Source: Magnetococcus sp. DMHC-6 (lineage in GTDB: Bacteria > Pseudomonadota > Magnetococcia > Magnetococcales > JADFZT01). From it: a stretch of 64,000 nt of DNA. Positions within the stretch are counted from its first letter, which is position 1. Each line of letters begins with the position of its first letter. The stretch spans positions 50,259-114,258 of the forward strand of contig JAMOAW010000001.1 of the NCBI GenBank assembly GCA_039908535.1, read 5' to 3'. The position numbers were made by a program, and so were the translations under genes. Below are positions 30,580 through 39,722 of this stretch, piece after piece. Under the pieces are notes generated by a model that was given only the letters and a program-made list of their open reading frames with translations, was not told the origin of the DNA and searched no databases.

Positions 30580-30898
30580 GTTGATTTTTCTTTGCCCACA
30601 TGGCATGATGTTCATATATCGAAAAAATAAAAATCAAGACCTTGGGGGGCGGAGAACCGCCCCCCAATACCCCCCACCCTTCTTTTTTAATTCTTAAAAA
30701 AAGAGGGGGTTTGGGGGATTCATCCCCCAAGGTTTTGTCTTTAAATTTATGTATCGGAAAAATAAAATTTAAGACCTTGGGGGGTGGAGAACCGCCCCCC
30801 AAGGTCTTGATTGTCAGTTCTTAAAAAAAAGAGGGGGTCTGGGGGATTCATCCCCCAGGGTTTGGCCTTTGATTTTTTGCCCGCAGGGCATCATATTC
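30580..30898 (+). repeat. Cluster of a right-arm fragment plus two tandem copies of the modular hairpin repeat
   Basis: TTGCCCACATGGCATGATGTTC, then a copy starting ATATATCGAAAAAATAAAAATC (30611-30748), then a copy starting ATGTATCGGAAAAATAAAATTT (30749-30898). Confidence 0.85.
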
Positions 30899-30902
30899 TT
30901 TT

Positions 30903-32264
30903 ATGGTGACATTCAATTGTCCATACGAACAAAAAATCATCCTATTATGGAATTTTGCGTCAATGCTAGATAATATCAAAATCGATCGCATTCTTATTCA
31001 ATATGATAAATCCCGAAACCTCTTAGAAGATTTTCGACAAGGTCAACTCGCCTTGCTGCGTGAACTCCTTAAACGAACCACCATCCATATCCACTCCTTA
31101 ACTGGAACAATTAAAGATAGAGAAAATATTAAAGAAATTTTAATGCATCCCAATGCCTCCTATGATGATCTCCACGATATCATTGATCTTATTGAATTAC
31201 ATATTATCACTCACTTCGAATGCGATGTCGTCAAAGTCAGTGACATCATCCTGCGCGAATTTAATGTTGTTCATGCCCATATTTTAGACAGTGGACCCAA
31301 TTTCGATCCAGACCGTTTTGGCTATTTTTCACGCCAATATACGGTTGGAATGCTGGAAAGTCGGATGGAATTAATCGAATATCAGCGTTTTAGAGGTGTT
31401 CGAGCAGAAATCCATATCCGCTCTATTTTGCAAAATGCCTGGGTGGAAATTCGAAATAAAATCGGCTACCTCACAATAGAAGAGTATCCCAAAGAAAAAA
31501 AACGCCAAATTAACCAAATGGTCTATTTATTAGAAATGGCCGATAGGGAACTCAATGAGATTTGGGCCTTTATTGAAGCACTCAAATCAAATAAAGAAAA
31601 ATCAAAAAATACCAAAAAAAGACATCCGCCATCTTTTGGTTTGGATACGTCAACAACAAAGATCGTCGATCATCCAGAAACCTTCTTTGAAGATGACGTA
31701 ACCGCCGCAGACGAGAAGTTCAATGCGGAGGATACCGATTTATTCGCACCCCACTCAGATACAGAACCGAGTGAGATGCTCAACGCCGATAACCCCACAG
31801 AGTTAGTAAAATTTTCAACATTATCAAGGATAGAAATTGAACAGTTTATCCTAAATAACGAAAATATTCGTGAATGGGATCGAAAAATCTCTTTGTATTA
31901 TGACACCAGATTAAAATTTAGCGATTCGTTCGTCGAAAAATTAAGCGAAATGATGGCCTTTTTAAAAATCAATAATCTATTAATTTTTAGCAAAGAATTT
32001 GAATCTCAAAAGTCAATTGTCTTTCTGTTTGGCAAAAATATATTGGGTGATCCCTCGACTAATAAATATGAATTTATTTACAAAGGAGTCTCGTTATATT
32101 TAGCCATCTGCGTTTATGCGGTAAAAAACAATAAGGGCCAAATTGTTGAAGATTTAATGGATAAATATGCCCTTTTGAAAGAAGACTCAAACAAAGAACT
32201 TGCCGTAAATATGCAAAATTGGTTCAGAAAAAATTATCGTGATAAAAACATTGGAAAATTTTAA
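30903..32264 (+). CDS. Divergent RelA/SpoT-fold (small alarmone synthetase-like) nucleotidyltransferase with about 240 aa of unknown C-terminal extension
   Basis: GTIKDRENIKEIL compares with GRVKsxxSIxxK, FGYFSRQY with GYRSLH, and AEIHIRSILQNAWVEIRNKIGY with EIQIRTxLQHAWAExEHxxxYK. The start could be the ATG at 30963. Confidence 0.6.
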   Translation: MVTFNCPYEQKIILLWNFASMLDNIKIDRILIQYDKSRNLLEDFRQGQLALLRELLKRTTIHIHSLTGTIKDRENIKEILMHPNASYDDLHDIIDLIELHIITHFECDVVKVSDIILREFNVVHAHILDSGPNFDPDRFGYFSRQYTVGMLESRMELIEYQRFRGVRAEIHIRSILQNAWVEIRNKIGYLTIEEYPKEKKRQINQMVYLLEMADRELNEIWAFIEALKSNKEKSKNTKKRHPPSFGLDTSTTKIVDHPETFFEDDVTAADEKFNAEDTDLFAPHSDTEPSEMLNADNPTELVKFSTLSRIEIEQFILNNENIREWDRKISLYYDTRLKFSDSFVEKLSEMMAFLKINNLLIFSKEFESQKSIVFLFGKNILGDPSTNKYEFIYKGVSLYLAICVYAVKNNKGQIVEDLMDKYALLKEDSNKELAVNMQNWFRKNYRDKNIGKF

Positions 32265-32395
32265 TTATCTTTACCGATCCGCCCATTTATAATGATGCCT
32301 TTATAAGCGTTTAATGACTTTTCGTCAATTTTCAAACAAAACTGTTAAAGCCTTCTATACCAAGTTAGAGGCTTATATTATAAATTCACAAATTC

Positions 32396-32497
32396 ATGTA
32401 TCAAAAAATTAAAAATTTAGGCCTTGGAGGGCGTAAAATCGCTTCCCAATTCCCTGAGGCTTTGCTTGTGATTTTCTGCCCGAAGGGCATCATATTC
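32396..32497 (+). repeat. Modular hairpin repeat, short and degenerate
   Basis: ATGTATCAAAAAATTAAAAATTTAGGCCTTGGAGGGCG...CTGCCCGAAGGGCATCATATTC. Confidence 0.65.
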
Positions 32498-32528
32498 CCC
32501 TATTAAGCTGGCTTTCTGGATTAACTTT

Positions 32529-33722
32529 ATGAAAATTTTGACTTTTACCAGCTTATATCCCAATAAAGAACAACCTCATCACGGAATTTTTGTGGAACAG
32601 CGGTTGCGGCATTTATTGGCAATGGGTGGGGTGGAATCGCAGGTAGTGGCTCCTGTTCCGTGGTTTCCGATACGGCATTCTCTTTTTAACAATTGGTCAC
32701 AAGCCGCACGGGTGCCTTTATGGGAGGAACGCCATGGCACAACCATCCATCACCCCAGATACCCATTAATACCCAAGGTGAACATGACGGTCGCCCCCTT
32801 ATTCATGGCATTCAGTGTCCGGGGCATGATAAAAGAGCTCTTTCAAAATGAATTCCCCTTTGACCTCATTGATGCCCACTATTTTTATCCCGATGGGGTA
32901 GCGGCCATTCTCCTGGGACAGCAGCTGGGGGTGCCCGTCGTGATTACCGCGCGAGGCAGCGACCTCAACCAAATTCCCAACTACTACCTCCCCAGAAAGT
33001 GGATCCAATGGGCGGCAAGTCGAGCCTCTGGCTTGATCACCGTTTGTCAGGCCCTCAAAGATACCTTAATCGACATGGGGATAGTCCCAAACCACATTAC
33101 GGTTTTGCGCAATGGCGTCGATCTAAAAAAATTTCACCTGCCCCCCACACCAACCACCACGATACCCCATAAAAAAATGCGCTGGACCCTTTTATCGGTG
33201 GGACACCTCATTGAACGGAAAGGCCATGATTTAATCATCCGAGCCATTCGCGAAATTCCCCAGGCCGATTTACTGATCGTGGGCGAAGGCGAGAAAAAAA
33301 ATGAACTCATCACCTTGGCCCAATCTCTGGGCGTAGGGGATCGGGTTAAAATGGTGGGGGGCGTTCCCCAAGAGGAGTTAAAACGGTTCTACTGGAGCGC
33401 AGACGCCTTGATTCTGGCCTCCAGTCGGGAAGGATGGGCCAACGTATTACTGGAATCCATGGCTTGCGGAACACCCGTAATCGCCACCCCCATTTGGGGC
33501 ACCCCAGAGGTCGTCAATAGCCCTGATGCCGGGATTTTGACCCAAGATCGTTCCGTAAAATCTTTGATTGAAGCCATTCACCAATTGATGAACCACTACC
33601 CAGATCCATCCGCTACACGGCGTCATGCCGAGCTCTTTTCCTGGCAAGAGACCTCCTTGGGACAGTTGAACCTTTTTAAACAAATTCTTACAGAACATGA
33701 TGCCCTGCGGGCAAAAAATTAA
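32529..33722 (+). CDS. Family 4 glycosyltransferase
   Basis: GT4 C-terminal motifs: LLIVGEGE, LILASSREGWANVLLESMACGTPVIAT. Confidence 0.85.
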   Translation: MKILTFTSLYPNKEQPHHGIFVEQRLRHLLAMGGVESQVVAPVPWFPIRHSLFNNWSQAARVPLWEERHGTTIHHPRYPLIPKVNMTVAPLFMAFSVRGMIKELFQNEFPFDLIDAHYFYPDGVAAILLGQQLGVPVVITARGSDLNQIPNYYLPRKWIQWAASRASGLITVCQALKDTLIDMGIVPNHITVLRNGVDLKKFHLPPTPTTTIPHKKMRWTLLSVGHLIERKGHDLIIRAIREIPQADLLIVGEGEKKNELITLAQSLGVGDRVKMVGGVPQEELKRFYWSADALILASSREGWANVLLESMACGTPVIATPIWGTPEVVNSPDAGILTQDRSVKSLIEAIHQLMNHYPDPSATRRHAELFSWQETSLGQLNLFKQILTEHDALRAKN

Positions 33723-33826
33723 AATCTAAAGACAAAACCTTGGGGGATGAATCCCCCAAACCCCCTCTTTTTTTTTGGGGGGGGTCTGGGCCCCCAAAGG
33801 TCTTGATGTTTATTTTTCTGATACTT
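33693..33826 (-). repeat. Modular hairpin repeat, inverted; overlaps the 3' ends of both flanking genes
   Basis: GAACATGATGCCCTGCGGGCAAAAAATTAA encodes the last 9 codons and the stop of the GT4 gene. The other end encodes the last 5 codons and the stop of the cytochrome gene. Confidence 0.85.
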
Positions 33827-34157
33827 TAAAATGGTAAAACGTTTGATTCAAATAAGCGACCACATCGGCAACATCTTCTGGAAACCAATCAGAAGACAAA
33901 ACTTGCTGATTGCAAAATTCTACTTGAGATTTTAACTTTTCCAGGGAATCCTTATGATTTGGTCGGGTATACAGGTTATTGGCGTTGCCATTTGCCCGTT
34001 GGGCATGACAATCGGTCAGGCAACTGGCATCGTGCAGTTTTTGACCTCTTTGGACATCCCCCCCCGAAGCCCCCTGGGCAGATAAAGCGGATTGGGCAAT
34101 GGCCAACAATGAACTTAATCCAATCATAACGCTCAAAACAAACACTCTTTTTTTCAT
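33810..34157 (-). CDS. Small periplasmic c-type cytochrome with an atypical CX3CH site
   Basis: Signal peptide MKKRVFVLSVMIGLSSLLAIAQSALSA; GDVQRGQKLHDASCLTDCHA; class-I-like C-terminal helix EDVADVVAYLNQ. Confidence 0.6.
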   Translation of the reverse strand: MKKRVFVLSVMIGLSSLLAIAQSALSAQGASGGDVQRGQKLHDASCLTDCHAQRANGNANNLYTRPNHKDSLEKLKSQVEFCNQQVLSSDWFPEDVADVVAYLNQTFYHFKVSEK

Positions 34158-34192
34158 GGCATCCACTCCTAGATGGCTAAAATCGCACAAAC

Positions 34193-35131
34193 ATGTCCAC
34201 CAACACCCTATTCTCACCCACCCCCCACATTTTAACGATTGGAACCGGAGCTGTAGGAGGTTTCTACTCGGCCAAATTGGCCCAGGCGGGAGCCCGCGTA
34301 ACCTGCGTCTGCCGAACCGATTATGAATCTGTCAAAACCCATGGACTCTTCATTGACAGCCCGCATGGAAACTTCCATTTTAAACCATACCAGGTCTTAC
34401 AAAAAGTCGAGGAACAAACCGAGCCAGTGGATTATATCCTAGTTGGACTCAAAGTGCTCCCGGAAATATCCACCGCCCAGCTTATCCGACCCGCCGTTGG
34501 TGAAGGCACCGTGATTCTCCTCTTGCAAAACGGACTGGATATCGAAGAACCCGTGGCCAAGGTTTTTCCGAACAATGAAATCATCAGTGGCCTGGCCTTT
34601 ATATGCGTCTATCGCAACGCACCGAACCAAATCCACCACCTTGATTTTGGCCGTCTAACCCTGGGTCGCTACCCCTGCGGTCATTCCATTCATGCTGAAA
34701 ATTTAGCACATTTATTTCAATCCGTCAAAATTTCCTGCCAAACATCCCCCAATATTGTGACAGAAAGATGGCGCAAACTGGTATGGAACGCCCCATTCAA
34801 TCCCATTTCGGTCCTAGCCGGAGCGGTGACAACCCGCGATATTTTGAGCAAACCAGAGGGTACCACACTCGTAAGAAAGGTCATGGAAGAGATTTGTCAA
34901 ATTGCACACGCCAGTGGACATACCCTGCCCACAACGGTCATAGAGGATAATTTAAAAGCAACAAAAATCATGAAACCCTATCAAACCAGCATGCAACGAG
35001 ACTATCAGGCTGGTCGAACCATGGAAATAGAGGCTATTTTAGGCAACGCCACCCGCGCGGCACAACGATTACATATCCCCGTTCCGCACCTGGAGACGCT
35101 TTACGCGCTTTTACAACTCAAAACTTTTTGA
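34193..35131 (+). CDS. panE: 2-dehydropantoate 2-reductase (ketopantoate reductase)
   Basis: ILTIGTGAVGGFY Rossmann motif, LQNG, and the conserved SMQRD/E-type region (TSMQRDYQAGRTMEIEAI). Confidence 0.8.
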   Translation: MSTNTLFSPTPHILTIGTGAVGGFYSAKLAQAGARVTCVCRTDYESVKTHGLFIDSPHGNFHFKPYQVLQKVEEQTEPVDYILVGLKVLPEISTAQLIRPAVGEGTVILLLQNGLDIEEPVAKVFPNNEIISGLAFICVYRNAPNQIHHLDFGRLTLGRYPCGHSIHAENLAHLFQSVKISCQTSPNIVTERWRKLVWNAPFNPISVLAGAVTTRDILSKPEGTTLVRKVMEEICQIAHASGHTLPTTVIEDNLKATKIMKPYQTSMQRDYQAGRTMEIEAILGNATRAAQRLHIPVPHLETLYALLQLKTF

Positions 35132-35215
35132 ACATCATACCCTGCGGGCAAAAAATTAAAATCAAAGACAAAACCTTGGGGGATGAATCCCCCAAACCCC
35201 CTCTTTTTTTTAAGT
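35130..35215 (-). repeat. Modular hairpin repeat, half copy
   Basis: GAACATCATACCCTGCGGGCAAAAAATTAAAATCAAAGACAAAACCTTGGGGGATGAATCCCCCAAACCCCCTC. The panE TGA overlaps the first bases. Confidence 0.8.
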
Positions 35216-35683
35216 ATGATAAGGTAAAAACGCCATTCCCGCGAAAGCAGAAATGACGAAGCTTTGCAATTTTCTCAAACACATAAATCTATACAAAAAC
35301 GGACATCTATCACACGAAAGGATACGTCAACTCCCCTGCAAAAAAATTCAAATCAACATGCCAACCGATGATCAATTTTTGACAAAGGAGTTGAGTACAC
35401 ATGAAGAGATCAATGCCGCAACCAAGAGACCAAGATCACCGCCTGAACCAAAGAGACGAGGATTAATCCATATGCTCCCCCAACATATACAGCCGCCAAT
35501 ATTTTTGCTGCAACACTTTTTGTCTGTTCTACTTTATACCCAGTTTGATGCCGAACCATACTTTCAACTCCCTTATATCGATATTTTTCAATAAAATAAA
35601 ATGGCAGAACACATATCCACCTCCTGCCATATTTAGCAAAAAACGAACCAAATTTTTCTATTGTGTGTGGACAAAAAAAAGAA

Positions 35684-36940
35684 TCAGGCACGCACCATAC
35701 CATGCAAACTGGGGAGAACCTCCTCAAGCCGTTCCTGCATATAATGTTTAATCAACGCCCGTTCATGCTTAGTAAGTGGGAAGAAGACAATGCGCACCAC
35801 CCGCACGCCCATACTCTCTTGGATTTCTAAAATATTGCCTTTTATCTCCAATAACTGATGACCAAGCTCAACGGTGTCCCCAACTTCCATCCATTTGATA
35901 GGCAAGGAGAAAGAGACAATCACATGACAAAAAAGCAGTGCCTCTTTTAACCGCGATCCCCGGGTCAAAGAGACCGATACCCCCCCACATGAAAGGTTCA
36001 ACATATGCCCCTTATAATGTTTCCCCTCCACCACCATCTCCACAGATAATTTACCCTGTGGAACCACCCGACTATAACCTCTTTGACCGACGGCCCCATT
36101 CGCCAAAGAGAGATGATGCAAACAGGCGGTCCCCTGCTTTAAATTAACACTCTTGACCAAGGCCTCCAGCCCCACTGGAAGATGTGGAACGGCCAAATAG
36201 GTCCGCTCTTCCAAACTCATCGCGGCCAATTGGTCGCGATGGGTCTGCACCATAACCTCTTTTTTGTCATATTTGAGAACCAAACCCGAATTTATAATCG
36301 GCACCCCATTAAACTGATTAAAAAAATTTATCTCTAAAATCCGACTATGAACATATTCAAATTCCCGAAAAATATCCACATAGCGAGACAAAAGCGGGTC
36401 ATCCAAAACCACACTCATACGACACAAAGGGGCCTCTTTCTGACAACAAATCAGCTCTTGAACAACAAGCGGCTCTTTAAAAAGTTCCCCCAAGCCAACA
36501 ATCATACCGCGAAGAAAAGCGCACAACTTTCGATCCGAATAATAGGCGATGGCCAACTCACCATGGCGAATGCGCAAGGTACGTATATCAGGGCTATGGA
36601 TCTTTGGATTGTTATGGCTAAATTGGGTATGAATTTTAGGCAGATATTCCAAAATATCCAAAGATTTCCATGTACTATGAATGATATCCATAGAACGCCC
36701 TAAATCGATCAACCCAGGGATGATGTGGCGACCAAATTCAACCAACATCTCCTCTTTGGAACAGCCCAACATGTGAGCTGTAGCAGCGAAAAGAGCCGAT
36801 CCCTCCTGATCAGGATAAGAAAGATCGGATTCATAAATATGATCTTGCATGCCAACCCTTTTCAGCAAAGTCTCCCAGGCATCTTCACCCTTTTTGGTAA
36901 GAAGAAAATCTTCCAAAGCTAAAAAAATTATTCCGTGCAT
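35684..36940 (-). CDS. H-NOX (heme NO/O2-binding) domain fused to PilZ c-di-GMP-binding domain(s)
   Basis: N-terminal MHGIIFLALEDF; candidate proximal His in LEYLPKIHTQF; YxSxR motif as YYSDR. The C-terminal PilZ has RGYSR (RxxxR) and NLSCGG (NxSxxG). Confidence 0.7.
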   Translation of the reverse strand: MHGIIFLALEDFLLTKKGEDAWETLLKRVGMQDHIYESDLSYPDQEGSALFAATAHMLGCSKEEMLVEFGRHIIPGLIDLGRSMDIIHSTWKSLDILEYLPKIHTQFSHNNPKIHSPDIRTLRIRHGELAIAYYSDRKLCAFLRGMIVGLGELFKEPLVVQELICCQKEAPLCRMSVVLDDPLLSRYVDIFREFEYVHSRILEINFFNQFNGVPIINSGLVLKYDKKEVMVQTHRDQLAAMSLEERTYLAVPHLPVGLEALVKSVNLKQGTACLHHLSLANGAVGQRGYSRVVPQGKLSVEMVVEGKHYKGHMLNLSCGGVSVSLTRGSRLKEALLFCHVIVSFSLPIKWMEVGDTVELGHQLLEIKGNILEIQESMGVRVVRIVFFPLTKHERALIKHYMQERLEEVLPSLHGMVRA

Positions 36941-37047
36941 GAAACAACCTCAGACACAACAGGTTTCATAAAACCAGATCTCCCACCCCTTTTGCAAACG
37001 ATGCACCAGATGCCCCATAAAAGACCAAAATAATAGAGACCAAAGTT

Positions 37048-38004
37048 TTATTCCCTCTGCAAAACAGCTTCAAAATAGGCAATGGTCCTTTTTAACCCTT
37101 CTGTCAAAGAGATCTTTGGCTCCCAATTTAAATGCTCCTTTGCCAACGTGATATCTGGTTTGCGCTGTTTTGGATCGTCCTGAGGTAATTTTTTCTCCAC
37201 CAACTGCGACTTGGAACCGGTCATCTCCATAATCAGCACAGCCAGCTCCCTAATGGTAAACTCGCTGGGATTTCCCAAATTTAATGGACCGGTAAAACCA
37301 TCTGGGGAGTTCATAAACCGCAAGAAACCTTCAATAAGATCATCCACATAACAAAAAGAGCGTGTCTGCAACCCATCGCCATAGATGGTAATGGGTTCAC
37401 CGCGCAAAGCCTGTATAATAAAATTGGAGACAACCCGACCATCCCTTGGATGCATATTGGGTCCATACGTATTAAAAATACGCGCCACTTTTATTTCTAG
37501 ACCATATTGACGCCTATAATCAAAAAAAAGGGTCTCAGCACACCTTTTCCCCTCATCATAACAAGAGCGAGGACCGATGGGATTGACATTTCCCCAGTAA
37601 CTCTCCTTTTGCGGATGCATGTCTGGATCCCCATATACCTCGCTGGTCGATGCCTGAAAAATTTTAGCTTTGACCCTTTTTGCCAATCCCAGCATATTAA
37701 TAGCCCCATGAACGCTGGTTTTCGTCGTCTGCACCGGATTTAACTGATAATGTATAGGCGAAGCTGGACAAGCGAGGTTATATATTTGGTCCACTTCCAC
37801 ATAAAGTGGAAAAGTCACATCATGACGCAACAGTTCAAAACGAGGATGGTTGAGCAAATGTTGAATATTCCTTTTCGATCCGGTAAAAAAATTTTCCACG
37901 CACAACACTTCGTGCCCTTCACGAATCAACCTCTCACACAAATGGGATCCCAAAAATCCAGCTCCTCCTGTGACCGCCACCCGATTATAAATAGATTCAC
38001 GCAT
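37048..38004 (-). CDS. UDP-glucuronate decarboxylase (UDP-xylose synthase-type NAD-dependent epimerase/dehydratase)
   Basis: [20 protein letters not shown], and YDEGKRCAE catalytic YxxxK. Confidence 0.9.
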   Translation of the reverse strand: MRESIYNRVAVTGGAGFLGSHLCERLIREGHEVLCVENFFTGSKRNIQHLLNHPRFELLRHDVTFPLYVEVDQIYNLACPASPIHYQLNPVQTTKTSVHGAINMLGLAKRVKAKIFQASTSEVYGDPDMHPQKESYWGNVNPIGPRSCYDEGKRCAETLFFDYRRQYGLEIKVARIFNTYGPNMHPRDGRVVSNFIIQALRGEPITIYGDGLQTRSFCYVDDLIEGFLRFMNSPDGFTGPLNLGNPSEFTIRELAVLIMEMTGSKSQLVEKKLPQDDPKQRKPDITLAKEHLNWEPKISLTEGLKRTIAYFEAVLQRE

Positions 38005-38048
38005 GATTTTATCCTTGGTAAAGTTAAGAAATCCGTTATTTTTTTTCT

Positions 38049-38187
38049 ATATCAAAAAAATAAAAATCAAGACTTTGAGGGATTTAAAACTGCTCTCCAA
38101 TCCTCCCACCTTCCTTTTTAGAGAGCCTGGGGTTGCATCCCCCTGGGTTTGGCCTTGGATTTTTTTTGTCCACAGGGCATTATGTTC
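38049..38187 (+). repeat. Modular hairpin repeat, diverged
   Basis: ATATCAAAAAAATAAAAATCAAGAC...GTCCACAGGGCATTATGTTC. Confidence 0.7.
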
Positions 38188-38236
38188 TCAATGAAACACC
38201 CAAAAAACGACTATTCACTCTCATGGAGATACCGGA

Positions 38237-39199
38237 ATGACCACAAAAAATCACCATAAAATCATCATCATTGGTTCTGGACCTGCGGGTTATACCGCTG
38301 CTATTTATACTGGACGCGCCAATCTGGCCCCCCTTTTAATCCAAGGGATGCAACCAGGAGGACAATTGACCATCACCACAGAGGTAGACAATTTTCCCGG
38401 TTTTGCCAATGGTATTCAAGGTCCTGAACTCATGCAAATCATGCAGGCTCAGGCAGAGCGGTTTAATACCCAGATTGTCAGTGATACCGTTATTGGGGTT
38501 GAATTAAATGTCCGCCCCTTTGTCATTCGATGCGACTCTGAAACCGAATACACCTGCGATGCCCTGATTATCACAACGGGTGCTTCGGCCCGTTGGCTGG
38601 GATTGGAATCGGAAAAACGGCTGCATGGCTATGGTGTCTCCGCTTGTGCCACCTGTGACGGTTTCTTTTTCCGAAATCAGGAGATCGCCGTCATTGGTGG
38701 TGGCGATGCCGCCGTAGAAGAGGCTCTATTTCTAACCAATTTTGCCTCCAAAGTCTATTTAATTCATCGTCGGGATCAATTGCGGGCCGAAAAGGTCATG
38801 CAAGAGAGAATGTTGGCCAATCCCAAAATCGAACCGATCTGGAACTGTATCGTCGAAGAGATTCTAGGGGATACAGGCATGGGAGGGGTGAATGGTCTTC
38901 TATTGAAAGATGTCAAAACCAACGAAACGCGCCAACTGGCGGTCACAGGTGTTTTTGTCGCCATCGGCCACACCCCCAATACTGCTCTCTTTAAAGGGCA
39001 ACTGGATATGGACAAAGAGGGGTATCTTCTCACCCGTCCCGACTCCACCGCCACCAACATTGAAGGCGTTTTTGCTGCTGGAGATGTTCAAGATAGAACC
39101 TTCCGCCAGGCAATTACCGCCGCTGGCACGGGCTGCATGGCCGCACTGGAGGCCGAGCGTTATCTAAGTGCGCTGGAAGGAACCAGCAGCCGAAAATAG
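38237..39199 (+). CDS. trxB: Thioredoxin-disulfide reductase
   Basis: IIGSGPAGYTAA, the redox-active CATCDG, and the GGGDAAVEEA NADPH motif. Confidence 0.95.
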   Translation: MTTKNHHKIIIIGSGPAGYTAAIYTGRANLAPLLIQGMQPGGQLTITTEVDNFPGFANGIQGPELMQIMQAQAERFNTQIVSDTVIGVELNVRPFVIRCDSETEYTCDALIITTGASARWLGLESEKRLHGYGVSACATCDGFFFRNQEIAVIGGGDAAVEEALFLTNFASKVYLIHRRDQLRAEKVMQERMLANPKIEPIWNCIVEEILGDTGMGGVNGLLLKDVKTNETRQLAVTGVFVAIGHTPNTALFKGQLDMDKEGYLLTRPDSTATNIEGVFAAGDVQDRTFRQAITAAGTGCMAALEAERYLSALEGTSSRK

Positions 39200-39212
39200 T
39201 TTTTAGCGTTTT

Positions 39213-39293
39213 ATAATGCCCTACGGGCAAAAAAAGGGTGGGGGGATTGGGGGCGGTTCTCCGCCCCCCAAGGTTTTGATGTCTATTTTCCGT
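39213..39293 (-). repeat. Modular hairpin repeat, short variant (central hairpin missing)
   Basis: ATAATGCCCTACGGGCAAAAAAAGGGTGGGGGGATTGGGGGCGGTTCTCCGCCCCCCAAGGTTTTGATG. Confidence 0.75.
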
Positions 39294-39403
39294 AACTGTT
39301 CACCGAAGTAAAATTTTACGTTAATTGAAACTCAATGATTTATTGCTTTGGCGTAACCGTTCATAATAAAAAAAAGGGGTCTGGGGGATTGCCCCCAGGG
39401 TTT

Positions 39404-39487
39404 TGCTTTTGACTTTGCTTTTGACTTTGCTTTTGACTTTGCTTTTGACTTTGCTTTTGATTTTGCTTTTGCTTTTGCTTTTGCTTT
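39404..39487. repeat. Hexanucleotide microsatellite, 14 units (TGCTTT/TGACTT/TGATTT)
   Basis: (TGCTTT TGACTT)x4, then TGCTTT TGATTT, then TGCTTT x4, then TGAATT. Confidence 0.9.
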
Positions 39488-39626
39488 TGAATTCGGTTTT
39501 GCTTTCTTCAAATAGCAGGGGGGTTGGGGGATGCAATCCCCCAAGGTCTTGTTTTTTATTTTTTATTGCTTTGGCGTAACCGTTCATAATAAAAAAAAGG
39601 GGTCTGGGGGATTGCCCCCAGGGTTT

Positions 39627-39722
39627 TGCTTTTGACTTTGCTTTTGATTTTGCTTTTGCTTTTGCTTTTGCTTTTGATTTTGCTTTTGCTTTTGCTTTTG
39701 CTTTTGATTTTGCTTTTGCTTT
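39627..39722. repeat. Hexanucleotide microsatellite, 16 units (different unit order from the first array)
   Basis: TGCTTT TGACTT TGCTTT TGATTT (TGCTTT)x4 TGATTT (TGCTTT)x4 TGATTT (TGCTTT)x2, then TGAATT. Confidence 0.9.

Noticed and set aside
35253-35594. 113 aa ORF and the overlapping antisense 105 aa ORF between panE and the H-NOX-PilZ gene
   Set aside because: Both are poor, overlapping ORFs in a convergent intergenic region. Neither has motifs or start signals. The region is left unannotated.
39404-39722. Possible CRISPR array (regularly spaced repeats)
   Set aside because: The periodicity is 6 bp with no unique spacers. The larger 223-235 bp units are only two copies and are homologous to the intergenic repeat family. 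No cas genes are present in the window.
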